From Candidatus Nealsonbacteria bacterium CG07_land_8_20_14_0_80_39_13 (GTDB taxonomy: Bacteria; Patescibacteriota; Minisyncoccia; Minisyncoccales; GCA-002779355), in assembly GCA_002779355.1 (NCBI GenBank), contig PEWS01000040.1, positions 1-32,375 of the forward strand: a DNA stretch of 32,375 nucleotides, given 5' to 3'. Of the stretch, positions 9,301 to 16,141 are shown one piece after another. Position 1 is the first letter of the stretch. Every line of letters begins with the position of its first letter. A program made the position numbers and the translations under genes. Below the pieces are notes generated by a model. It saw only the letters and a program-made list of their open reading frames with translations. It ran no database searches and was not told the DNA's origin.

Positions 9301-9543
9301 CGGCCTCTCCTGGCGCATGCTTTCAAAGGCAACATAAACCTCACAGCCGATTATCGGTTTAATACCCCTTTCTTTAGCTTTTTTACAGAACTCAACAGCC
9401 CCGTAAATATTGCCGTGGTCGGTTAGGGCGACTGAATCCATTCCTAATTTTTTGGCGTAATCCAAAAGCTGGTCAATCTTGGGCAGGCCGTCAAGGAGAG
9501 AGTAATGAGAGTGCACATGCAGATGAGTAAATTTCTTATTCAT
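6352..9543 (-). CDS. dnaE: DNA polymerase III alpha subunit
   Basis: A 1063-aa ORF. It has an N-terminal PHP motif (FTHLHVHSHYSLLDG), a polymerase core and a C-terminal OB-fold region. No intein-like interruption is visible. Confidence 0.95.
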   Translation of the reverse strand: MNKKFTHLHVHSHYSLLDGLPKIDQLLDYAKKLGMDSVALTDHGNIYGAVEFCKKAKERGIKPIIGCEVYVAFESMRQERPNIDDKRYHLILLAKNEKGYKNLVKIITQSHLKGFYYKPRVDEELLSQYSEGLIALSACIQGKIPRMIINNKMDEAEKTALKYQEIFGKENFYLELQKHKNLDGQEKANEGLIALSKRLDIPLVATNDVHYLKPEDAEVQDVLMLINTGANLNDPERRTLIKDDFSFRTPEQMAEDFKETPEAIENTGKIAEACNFEFKLGEIKLPKFEVPSGKTPDEYLRELCLEGVEKRYPEGDRSKILERMEYELSAIQKMGLASYFLIVQDFVNWAKKNRIVVGPGRGSVAGSLVSFLVNITNVDPLKYNLLFERFLNPGRAEGLPDIDLDFNDRRRNEVIEYVSEKYGRDKVAQIITFGTIAARAGIRDVGRVLGYEYSYCDVVAKMIPFGLDLEKTLASVTKFRELYEGNQKARKLIDLAKRLEGVVRHASTHACGVVISNQPLDEIIPLQHPTQNDKIIVTQYEMHAVADLGLLKMDFLGLKNLTIIEDTLSRIYKVQGKNIDLENIPLDDEKTYRLLQRGLTVGVFQLESEGMRKYLKQLKPSNIEDIIAMVALYRPGPMALIPEYIAGKHGQKDLTYFHPKLKPILESTYSIPVYQEQIMKIAQDLAGFSMPEADVLRKAIGKKIEKLLMEQKKKFVDGMKKNSINESVALKIWHWIEPFAHYSFNRSHATCYAMIAYQTAYLKAHFTTEFTASLLTSERNDTERIGFLISEAKSMGIEVLPPDINESLQNFTVVPPKQIRFGLLAIKNVGENIMETVIQERKSSGPYNSVFDFVDRVSARSKDLNKKSLESLIKAGAFEKFGERGQLLHNVERLLEYGRENKKMKSNGQKSLFGAMESEKKNNTEFRLDKIEPISEHEKLKWEKELLGLFVTAHPLDGFQDILLKYTTPLSKIKNYIGGTKVKVGGVIGAIKKIITKTGKPMLFLNIEDADGKLEIVVFPKIMEKNPQLFQENKIVIIVGSVDFRGDSPKVICDEARELTKKP

Positions 9544-9587
9544 GGCAGTATTTTAGCACTTTAACATTCTAATGTTAAAATTTTCGC

Positions 9588-9616
9588 AATAAAAAACGTT
9601 GAATTAAATCAACGTT
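9588..9616 (-). terminator. Rho-independent terminator of the 236-aa gene
   Basis: On the minus strand, AACGTTGA-TTTAAT-TCAACGTT (8-bp stem) is followed by TTTTTATT. The stem contains the stop codon. Confidence 0.6.
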
Positions 9617-10319
9617 GAATGTATTTTTCCATTATTTCGGCAAATGGAATTTTCTCCGTACTTGCACTTCGCGAATTTTCCCAAAACATGTCGCGTATAT
9701 CTTTTTCTTTCTTGGCGTAAATGTTTAAAGAAAAATAGCATTTATAATTAGCTTCGCCATTTTTAATTTTTATTTCTATATCAATAAATTTCATTCTTAA
9801 GAATTTCTTAAGTTCGATTAATTCTTTTCTTGGAATGGCAAAAAATACTTTGCTTTCGTAATCGTCGTCGTTTAGTTTATTTATCAACTTTTTAATTTTT
9901 AGCCAGGACGTTTCCCCTTCGGATATGCCTTTCTTCGGAAAGAGATAGATGCTGTTTTCTTCAGAAAGTTTCAAGATGAGGTAGGGAAATGGCATGATGG
10001 TTATCTTTCTATATTCACTATCGGTGATACTAACTTTTTCATCAACCGTCTTATATCGTAGAACTCCCCTTATTCCCGTTGTTTGGGTTAACGTGAGATG
10101 TTCTCTTTGGCAGAATTCATCTATATCAACCATCTTCTTTTTGAAATTTTCTCCAAGTTGCGTCTTTAATACTCTTTCCACAGAATTTATAAGAGTCTCG
10201 TATTCGTTATTTTCGGATACATTCAAACTAAAATTCCCCCATATTTTTTTTGCGACGATTTTGTTGTCAACACCGTTGTTTGACGGTAGTCGAAAAACAA
10301 TTTTCATTTTTTCTTTCAT
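9609..10319 (-). CDS. Hypothetical protein (orphan, AT-rich)
   Basis: A 236-aa uninterrupted ORF with no motif I recognise. Its stop codon lies inside a terminator hairpin, and its 5' side faces a repeat-filled divergent intergenic region. Confidence 0.6.
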   Translation of the reverse strand: MKEKMKIVFRLPSNNGVDNKIVAKKIWGNFSLNVSENNEYETLINSVERVLKTQLGENFKKKMVDIDEFCQREHLTLTQTTGIRGVLRYKTVDEKVSITDSEYRKITIMPFPYLILKLSEENSIYLFPKKGISEGETSWLKIKKLINKLNDDDYESKVFFAIPRKELIELKKFLRMKFIDIEIKIKNGEANYKCYFSLNIYAKKEKDIRDMFWENSRSASTEKIPFAEIMEKYIQR

Positions 10320-10463
10320 TTTTTGGTTTTTTCTTTTTTTAAGGTGCTTATCGCACTTTTTTGACGGGATTATTATTTCCCTTGCCCCTTAATTACCATA
10401 AAAATAAGTCAGACGTCAAATTTTCATGAGCCATTTCAAATTTTTTAGCAATTTTACAGGGAT

Positions 10464-10580
10464 TTTACAGGGGTCAGACCCCTGTAAATTCCGCAGTGGT
10501 CAGACCCCTGCAAATTGTACCCCTGTAAATTGTTTGAAGAGGCCTATGTTGACGGGCCTATGTTGACGTCAGACGTCAAC
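10464..10580. repeat. Cluster of palindromes centred on GTC-A-GAC plus short direct repeats
   Basis: A 25-nt perfect palindrome TTTACAGGGGTCAGACCCCTGTAAA spans 10464-10488. A degenerate copy spans 10493-10511, and GTTGACGTCAGACGTCAAC spans 10562-10580. GGCCTATGTTGACG occurs twice and ACGTCAACGCTT occurs twice. Confidence 0.85.
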
Positions 10581-10625
10581 GCTTACGTCAACGCTTATAT
10601 CTTGTTAGTATGGTAAAATGGTTTT

Positions 10626-11252
10626 ATGAGATACCCTAATTTAAATGAAGAAAAAAAGTTGTGGAAAAGCGGATATAAGTACGTAGTGGGGTTGGATGAG
10701 GCCGGAAGGGGACCGCTTGCGGGGCCGGTTGTGGCTGGAGCGGTAATGTTAAAAAATTACAAATTTCAAATTTCAAATTTCAAATTTCTAAAAGAGATGC
10801 GAGGGGTGAAAGATTCAAAGAAATTATCGGCGAGAAAGAGAGAAGAGATTTATGAAGTCCTGACGAATCATCCGGCGATAGAATGGGGGGTTGGCCGGGT
10901 TTCTGAAAAAATAATTGATAAGATAAATATCTTGGAGGCGACGAAACTGGCAATGATAAAAGCAATAAAAAAATTTAAAGTTGATTTTCTGATTATTGAT
11001 GGAAATTTTAAAATAAAAAAAGATATTCCGCAGAAATCAATAATAAAAGCAGATGCTAAAGTTTTTTCCTGCGCCGCCGCCAGCATTATCGCCAAAGTGA
11101 CAAGGGACAGGATAATGGAGAAAGAGCATAGAAAGTATCCGAAATATAATTTCGCCAAGCACAAGGGTTATCCGACGAAAGAGCATTATAAAGCCATAAG
11201 GAAAAACGGCTGTTGCAAGATTCACCGAAAAACCTTCCGTTTGGAAAATTAG
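10626..11252 (+). CDS. rnhB: Ribonuclease HII
   Basis: GLDEAGRGPLAGPVVAGAV and DSKKLS motifs. An in-frame heptamer-tract insertion (NYKFQISNFKFL) lies between them. Confidence 0.9.
   Translation: MRYPNLNEEKKLWKSGYKYVVGLDEAGRGPLAGPVVAGAVMLKNYKFQISNFKFLKEMRGVKDSKKLSARKREEIYEVLTNHPAIEWGVGRVSEKIIDKINILEATKLAMIKAIKKFKVDFLIIDGNFKIKKDIPQKSIIKADAKVFSCAAASIIAKVTRDRIMEKEHRKYPKYNFAKHKGYPTKEHYKAIRKNGCCKIHRKTFRLEN
10759..10788. repeat. Heptamer tract (ACAAATT, then TCAAATT x3) inside the rnhB coding sequence
   Basis: Read directly from the sequence. It encodes YKFQISNFKF. Confidence 0.9.
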
Positions 11253-11318
11253 GCGCATGGGGTTGTAAGATTTAATTTTATATGATAATCTATAATAAAT
11301 TAAAAATTTTAAGAAATT

Positions 11319-11603
11319 ATGCCAGTTCCTAAACAAAGACATACCAAATCAAAAAGAAACAGGAGAAGGTCCCATATTAAGCTTACTATTCCGACCTTAA
11401 ATAAGTGCCCAAAATGCGCTAAGCCTGTCTTGCCTCATGTTGCTTGCTTAAGTTGCGGTTTTTATAAAGGGAAAGAAGTTATTGACGTGATGAAAAAATT
11501 AACTAAAAAAGAGAGGAAGGCAAAGGAAAGAGAAATGGCGGAAAAAGAAGCTGAAGCCAAGAAAGATAAACCATTAACAGCGGAAGAACTCTCTAAAAAT
11601 TAA
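11319..11603 (+). CDS. rpmF: 50S ribosomal protein L32 with a K/E-rich C-terminal extension
   Basis: [19 protein letters not shown] followed by CPKC...CLSCG zinc-ribbon cysteines. Confidence 0.9.
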   Translation: MPVPKQRHTKSKRNRRRSHIKLTIPTLNKCPKCAKPVLPHVACLSCGFYKGKEVIDVMKKLTKKERKAKEREMAEKEAEAKKDKPLTAEELSKN

Positions 11604-11605
11604 TT

Positions 11606-12091
11606 ATGGCAAGTAGGCATTTGTCTAGAAGCATAGTTTTACAGGCTCTTTACGAGTGGGATTTTTTCAATAAAAAGAATAATCTGGAGAAGATAGTTGA
11701 GAAAGATATTGAGGAAATGGGGCCGGGATTGGAAGACAAGAGTTTTATTTGGGAATTGACCGCCGGAGTAGTGGAAAATTTTGAAGCCCTTAATAAGATA
11801 ATTGAACAGGCGGCTCCGGAATGGCCAGTTGATCAGATCAGTATCGTTGACAGGAATATTTTAAGAATCGGCTTGTATGAGCTTTTATATGGAAGTAAAG
11901 AAGCTGTTCCCCCTAAGGTGGCCATTAACGAATCAATAGAGTTGGGGAAAACATTCGGTGGAGAGAATTCAGGGAAATTCATAAATGGTGTTTTAGGGAC
12001 AGTCTATAAACAAGCGGGGATAACTGAACCCGATGAAAAAGATGAGGATAATGGAGATAATGAAAAAAAAGATGATGATGAAAAAATTTGA
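11606..12091 (+). CDS. nusB: Transcription antitermination factor NusB (acidic C-terminal tail)
   Basis: [14 protein letters not shown] and the overall NusB-like helical pattern ([25 protein letters not shown]). It ends with TGA at 12089-12091. Confidence 0.85.
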   Translation: MASRHLSRSIVLQALYEWDFFNKKNNLEKIVEKDIEEMGPGLEDKSFIWELTAGVVENFEALNKIIEQAAPEWPVDQISIVDRNILRIGLYELLYGSKEAVPPKVAINESIELGKTFGGENSGKFINGVLGTVYKQAGITEPDEKDEDNGDNEKKDDDEKI

Positions 12092-12770
12092 AAAATTTGA
12101 AAAAGAAATTGGCGTTAATTTCAAGAATAAGGATTTACTGACTCAAGCTTTCTGTCACAGATCTTATCTGAACGAAAATACGGATTTTAACTTGAGCAAT
12201 AACGAGAGGTTGGAATTTTTGGGAGACGCGGTTCTGGAGTTGATAATAACGGAGAATCTCTACGTTAATCAACCGGAAAAATCGGAAGGTGAATTGACGA
12301 ACTGGAGAGCGGCTTTGGTGAATACAAATATGCTTTCAAAAATTGCCGGCGAGCTCGGATACAATGACTTTCTTTTGCTATCCAAAGGAGAGGAAAAGGA
12401 AAAGGGAAAGGCAAGGCAGTGTATCTTAGCTAATACATTTGAAGCTGTTTTGGGAGCAATTTACCTTGATCAGGGGATAGAAGTCTGCCGGAAATTCATT
12501 GAAAAAAATTTACTCAAGGAATTGTCCAATATTGAAAAAAACGAACTTTTTAAAGACGATAAGTCGCGTTTTCAAGAAGAGTCTCAAGAAAGGGCAGGCA
12601 TTACTCCCATTTATAAGGTTCTGGGAGAAGAGGGGCCTGACCATGACAAGGTCTTTACTATTGGGGTTTTTCTTGATAAAGAATTAGTAGCTAAGGATAC
12701 CGGCTCGTCAAAGCAAGAAGCAGAGATAAAAGCGGCTAAAAAGGCATTAGAGGTAAAAAATTGGAAATAA
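12072..12770 (+). CDS. rnc: Ribonuclease III
   Basis: The RNase III signature [13 protein letters not shown] plus a C-terminal dsRBD ([12 protein letters not shown]...[16 protein letters not shown]). The ORF is open from 12033. Comparison with the E. coli N-terminus favours a start in the MMM run near 12072, overlapping the nusB 3' end. Confidence 0.85.
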   Translation: MMMKKFEKFEKEIGVNFKNKDLLTQAFCHRSYLNENTDFNLSNNERLEFLGDAVLELIITENLYVNQPEKSEGELTNWRAALVNTNMLSKIAGELGYNDFLLLSKGEEKEKGKARQCILANTFEAVLGAIYLDQGIEVCRKFIEKNLLKELSNIEKNELFKDDKSRFQEESQERAGITPIYKVLGEEGPDHDKVFTIGVFLDKELVAKDTGSSKQEAEIKAAKKALEVKNWK

Positions 12771-12790
12771 TTAAATAAATTTCAAATATT

Positions 12791-13171
12791 ATGTTGGTAA
12801 TTCGCTTGCTTCGCAAAGGAAGGAAAAATCAGCCTTTCTTCAAAATTGTGGTTACGGATAAAAAGAATGCTCCCCGAGGAGGACGTTTTGTTGAGGAGGT
12901 TGGTTTTTGGAACCCTAAGACAAAAGAAAAAACATTGAACGGAGACAGAATAAAGCACTGGATTTCTATGGGCGCAAAGCCTTCGGAAACAGTCTACAAT
13001 CTTTTAATTGTTGGAAAGATCATTGAGGGCAAAAAAACAGCAGTTCATAAAAAATCTAGGCCAGAGGCCCATCGTCCTCTGGACGACAAGAAGAAGCCGG
13101 CTGAAGGAGGAACTGCCCCTGTTGCGGAAGCCAAGAAAGAAGAGAAACCTGCGGAAGCCGTAGCTCAATAG
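12791..13171 (+). CDS. rpsP: 30S ribosomal protein S16 with a C-terminal extension containing a GC-rich repeat
   Basis: MLVIRLLRKGRKNQPFFKIVV...RFVEEVGFWNP. Confidence 0.9.
   Translation: MLVIRLLRKGRKNQPFFKIVVTDKKNAPRGGRFVEEVGFWNPKTKEKTLNGDRIKHWISMGAKPSETVYNLLIVGKIIEGKKTAVHKKSRPEAHRPLDDKKKPAEGGTAPVAEAKKEEKPAEAVAQ
13069..13097. repeat. GC-rich modular repeat copy inside the rpsP 3' extension
   Basis: GGCCAGAGGCCCATCGTCCTCTGGACGAC. It shares CGTCCTCTGGACG with the thrS copy. Confidence 0.75.
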
Positions 13172-13176
13172 GAAAG

Positions 13177-13204
13177 TTGACAATTGTTTTTGAAAAGATA
13201 AAAT
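13177..13204 (+). promoter_or_regulatory. Candidate sigma70-type promoter upstream of the KH-domain gene
   Basis: TTGACA (13177-13182), a 16-nt spacer, and TAAAAT (13199-13204). Confidence 0.4.
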
Positions 13205-13267
13205 ATAAACAGATAAAGGTCGAGACACTTAGAAGATTAAAAGAAAAAGAAAAACCTTTTTGAAATT

Positions 13268-13594
13268 ATGACAAAAGAAGCCAATGACAAAGAATTTCTT
13301 GAGTATATGGTTAAGGCATTAGTTGATCACCCTGAAGATGTCGTTGTTGACCGAAAGGTTGACGAGATGGGAGTTTTGCTTTCTTTGAAGGTAAACTCTG
13401 AAGATATGGGTCAAATCATCGGCAAAGCCGGTTCTATTGCCAGATCAATCAGGAGCTTAGTCCGGATTGTCGGCCTCAAGAATCACGCTCGGGTTAACTT
13501 GAAAATAGAGGAACCTGAAGGCGGAAGAACTTCAGCTCCTTCTCACAGCGCAGTTAAAAAAGAGACAGGAGATTTTGAAGAACTTAGCCTGTAA
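13268..13594 (+). CDS. KH-domain RNA-binding protein (YlqC/UPF0109-like)
   Basis: ALVDHPEDVVVD...GQIIGKAGSIARSIRSLV (GxxG KH loop). It occupies the conserved position between rpsP and trmD. Confidence 0.8.
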   Translation: MTKEANDKEFLEYMVKALVDHPEDVVVDRKVDEMGVLLSLKVNSEDMGQIIGKAGSIARSIRSLVRIVGLKNHARVNLKIEEPEGGRTSAPSHSAVKKETGDFEELSL

Positions 13595-13665
13595 GTAATT
13601 TATTTACCGGACAAGGAAAACCGTGCTATCATCAATGATTGACAGCGCGGTTTTCATTTAAAGAT

Positions 13666-14364
13666 ATGAGGTTTGATATCATCACAATTTTTCCTAATAT
13701 TTTTGATTCTTATTTAAAAGAGACTTTTATAAAAAAAGCTCAAGATAAGAAAATAATTAATATCAAAATCCACAATTTAAGGGATTGGGCTTTTGATCGC
13801 CATCAAACCGTTGACGGCCGGCCTTTCGGTGGAGGATTGGGAATGGTCATCAAACTGGAGCCGATATACAAAGCCGTCTCCAGTTTGATTAAATGTAAAG
13901 CTAAAAACGAAAAACTAAAAATAAACCGGAAAACTAAGGTTATACTCTTTACGCCGAGGGGAGAGAAGTTTAACCAGCAGATGGCTTATAAATTGAGCAA
14001 ATTTGACCGATTGATAATGATTTGCGGCCGTTATGAGGGGGTTGATGAAAGAGTGGCCGAACATATAGCTGACGTTGAGATTTCAATAGGGGATTACGAC
14101 CTGATGGGCGGGGAATTGCCGGCTATGATAGTAATGGAAACAATAACGAGGTTGAAACCGGGAGTTATTGGTAAGCCTGAATTTCTCAAAGAGAGAGTCG
14201 CTAAGAATAAAAAATTTCTTGAGTATCCCCAATACGTCAGGCCGGAAGTATTTTTGCCTGATAAGAAGTCAAGAGGTTGGAAGGCGCCTAAGGTTTTGCT
14301 GTCGGGCAACCACAAAGATATTGAAGCCTGGAAGGCGGAACACGGAAAGGAGATTGGAAATTAA
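13666..14364 (+). CDS. trmD: tRNA (guanine37-N1)-methyltransferase
   Basis: MRFDIITIFPNIF..., GRPFGGGLGMV, CGRYEGVDERV and LSGNH motifs. The ORF-track start at 13639 is a TTG, and the ATG at 13666 matches the canonical N-terminus. Confidence 0.9.
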   Translation: MRFDIITIFPNIFDSYLKETFIKKAQDKKIINIKIHNLRDWAFDRHQTVDGRPFGGGLGMVIKLEPIYKAVSSLIKCKAKNEKLKINRKTKVILFTPRGEKFNQQMAYKLSKFDRLIMICGRYEGVDERVAEHIADVEISIGDYDLMGGELPAMIVMETITRLKPGVIGKPEFLKERVAKNKKFLEYPQYVRPEVFLPDKKSRGWKAPKVLLSGNHKDIEAWKAEHGKEIGN

Positions 14365-14391
14365 ATGATTTTGTGTTAAGTTTATATTTAC

Positions 14392-14474
14392 GGGTAGGTA
14401 CCAAAGCGGCTAAATGGGTGTGGCTGTAAACCACATGACTTCGGTCTTCGGGGGTTCAAATCCCTCCCTACCCA
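14392..14474 (+). tRNA. tRNA-Tyr (GTA), class II with a long variable arm
   Basis: Hand-folded cloverleaf. Acceptor GGGTAGG/CCTACCC, 3-bp D stem, anticodon stem TGTGG/CCACA with loop CTGTAAA, variable arm GAC-TTCG-GTC, T arm GGGGG-TTCAAAT-CCCTC, discriminator A. No CCA is encoded. Confidence 0.9.
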
Positions 14475-14475
14475 C

Positions 14476-14503
14476 AGCAAATTTTGCTATTGCAAAATTT
14501 GCT
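14476..14503 (+). terminator. Perfect 12-bp hairpin directly after tRNA-Tyr (no clear U-run)
   Basis: AGCAAATTTTGC-TATT-GCAAAATTTGCT. Confidence 0.35.
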
Positions 14504-14579
14504 CCCTAAATACAAATTATACGCATAAATTACAAGTAGCTTGAAGAATTAAAATAATCGAAATTATGTAAAATAGATT

Positions 14580-15404
14580 ATGGAGAAGAACATTAACATT
14601 TGCAAATCAATGGCGTATAAAGAAAAACAGGCGAAAATTACTAGAGAAAATTGGGGAAAAGGAGTTTATGATTTTCGGATCAAACAAGAGGAGAGGCGAT
14701 GCGCAAGAAAGGGGTGTAGATTAATTTTCAAAGCACAACCATCAGACGTCAAGAAATTTTGTTCTCGTAGTTGTGCGGCAAAGGTTAATAATCCAAAACG
14801 CGCTAAAATTAATTTTACTGACAAGGAAAAAATCAAAAAATTATATAGAAAAGGATTTTCAATGATGGAAATTTCTCAAAAATTAGGCTATAGCTACAAT
14901 GCGGTTGTATATTGGATGAAAAAACTTAAAATTCCCTGTCGCAGCGTAAGTGATGCCCTATACCAAAAGTTAAATCCAAAAGGAGACCCCTTTAATATAA
15001 AGAAAAATTTGACGCCGGAAGACCAGAGATTATTCGGGTTAGGAATGGGAATTTATTGGGGAGAAGGGAATAAGCTTAATAAGCATAGCGTGAGGTTGGG
15101 AAATTCCGATCCAAAACTCATAAAGTTATTTCGTGATTTTTTAATCAAGATATGCGGCGTTAAAAAAGAAAAATTCTTATATAATCTTCTTTTGTTCAAT
15201 GATGCGAGCAAAAACAAAGCGCTTAGTTTCTGGAATAAAGAGCTTGGACTTGCTTCGGGTCAAATAAAATCGGTTACTTCTCTAAAACCAAGAGGGAAAG
15301 GAACATATAAGAAAAAGAGCATGACAGGGGTATTGACTATTGAAGTCGGGAACGTCAAACTTAAAAAAGAGATAGACAAGATGCTTGAGGCGTTATGTAA
15401 ATAG
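14580..15404 (+). CDS. LAGLIDADG-like homing-endonuclease-family protein with an N-terminal zinc ribbon and HTH
   Basis: A 274-aa ORF. It has C-x4-C...FCSRSC cysteines, an HTH-like KKLYRKGFSMMEISQKLGYSYNAVVYWMKKLKI, and a single LAGLIDADG-like motif RLFGLGMGIYWGEGNK. Motifs were recognised by eye. Its stop codon directly abuts tRNA-Thr. Confidence 0.55.
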   Translation: MEKNINICKSMAYKEKQAKITRENWGKGVYDFRIKQEERRCARKGCRLIFKAQPSDVKKFCSRSCAAKVNNPKRAKINFTDKEKIKKLYRKGFSMMEISQKLGYSYNAVVYWMKKLKIPCRSVSDALYQKLNPKGDPFNIKKNLTPEDQRLFGLGMGIYWGEGNKLNKHSVRLGNSDPKLIKLFRDFLIKICGVKKEKFLYNLLLFNDASKNKALSFWNKELGLASGQIKSVTSLKPRGKGTYKKKSMTGVLTIEVGNVKLKKEIDKMLEALCK

Positions 15405-15478
15405 GCCTGAGTAGCTCAGACAGTTAGAGCACATCATTGGTAATGATGAGGTCAGCGGTGCGACTCCGCTCTCAGGCT
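15405..15478 (+). tRNA. tRNA-Thr (GGT) with non-canonical D and T loops
   Basis: Acceptor GCCTGAG/CTCAGGC, D arm GCTC-AGACAGTTA-GAGC, anticodon arm CATCA-TTGGTAA-TGATG, variable AGGTC, T arm AGCGG-TGCGACT-CCGCT, discriminator T. Confidence 0.8.
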
Positions 15479-15505
15479 CAGGATAAGCGAAAATTATCAA
15501 TTTTA

Positions 15506-15531
15506 GTCAAAGGTTGATCTGCCCTTGGTGG
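15506..15531. repeat. Degenerate GC-rich repeat copy upstream of rpmG
   Basis: The reverse complement CCACCAAGGGCAGATCAACCTTTGAC aligns with CGCCAGGGGCGGATCGGCCTTTGAC at 6270. Confidence 0.55.
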
Positions 15532-15558
15532 AAAATTAAAAATATCAATTAAAAAAAT

Positions 15559-15723
15559 ATGGCAACAAAGAAAAAACCATTCGTAAAATTACAGTGCTCG
15601 GAGTGCAAGGAAGTTAATTACTACACTCACAAATCAAAGGGGATAGCGACGGAGAAACTGGAATTGAAAAAATTCTGCAGTTCTTGTCGCAAGAGCGTAG
15701 TCCACAAAGAAGCCAAGAAATAA
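15559..15723 (+). CDS. rpmG: 50S ribosomal protein L33
   Basis: A 54-aa ORF below the ORF-track size cutoff: MATKKKPFVKLQCSECKEVNYYTHKSKGIATEKLELKKFCSSCRKSVVHKEAKK. It has the CxxC...CxxC pattern and typical L33 length. Confidence 0.9.
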   Translation: MATKKKPFVKLQCSECKEVNYYTHKSKGIATEKLELKKFCSSCRKSVVHKEAKK

Positions 15724-15751
15724 AAATAGAAAAGTACGTGGGGGCGTGCTT

Positions 15752-15825
15752 AGGGGCATAGTTTAGTGGTAAAACAGTGGTCTCCAAAACCACGGACGGG
15801 AGTCCGATTCTCTCTGCCCCTGCCA
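15752..15825 (+). tRNA. tRNA-Trp (CCA), CCA end encoded, T loop TCCGATT
   Basis: Acceptor AGGGGCA/TGCCCCT, D arm GTTT-AGTGGTA-AAAC, anticodon arm GTGGT-CTCCAAA-ACCAC, T arm GGGAG-TCCGATT-CTCTC, then G-CCA. It is near-identical in layout to E. coli tRNA-Trp. Confidence 0.9.
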
Positions 15826-15995
15826 ATGAATGCGCGGGTTCGTCCCGTCATCCGACGGGACGCCCAGTCGTATGACTGGGCGAGTCCTGGCGCCCCCGCA
15901 ATGTAATAAATTTTTCTTTCGGAAAAATTTAAACATTGCTGTGGCGTTTAAATTTTCAAAGAAAATTTATTACGCCACGCATTTCCAAAAGCATA

Positions 15996-16020
15996 CATCG
16001 TGGAGTCAGACCCCACGATG
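15996..16020. repeat. GTC-A-GAC-centred palindrome (12-bp arms, 1 mismatch)
   Basis: CATCGTGGAGTCAGACCCCACGATG. Confidence 0.8.
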
Positions 16021-16141
16021 ATAATCTTTGTTAAAATTTTTAGCGCAGAATTATGGAGACCGGGTCTCCGTAATTCTGGATAATTACGCTTCGGCGGAGT
16101 TTTTTGTTTTCAAATAACGGTGAGGCGGGAAGGGGAGTTTA

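Noticed and set aside
10441-10600. A CRISPR array, considered also for the repeat cluster at 16138-16205.
   Set aside because: The repeats are about 17-25-nt palindromes with irregular, very short spacing of 4-10 nt. There are no unique spacers of about 30 nt, and no cas genes occur anywhere in the window.
12033-12071. An N-terminal extension of RNase III ([13 protein letters not shown]...).
   Set aside because: It overlaps the nusB acidic tail in another frame. Comparison with canonical RNase III N-termini favours a start in the MMM run near 12072.
15832-15899. A possible extra tRNA, or a duplicated tRNA 3' fragment (att-like), because of GGGTTCGTCCCG.
   Set aside because: It folds as two 8-bp tetraloop hairpins, not a cloverleaf. 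It has no 7-nt anticodon loop or T-loop consensus and does not match the 3' end of tRNA-Trp.
15830-16021. A 63-aa plus-strand ORF right after tRNA-Trp.
   Set aside because: Its sequence is simply a translation of consecutive GC-rich and AT-rich hairpins. There is no start context and no protein-like composition.
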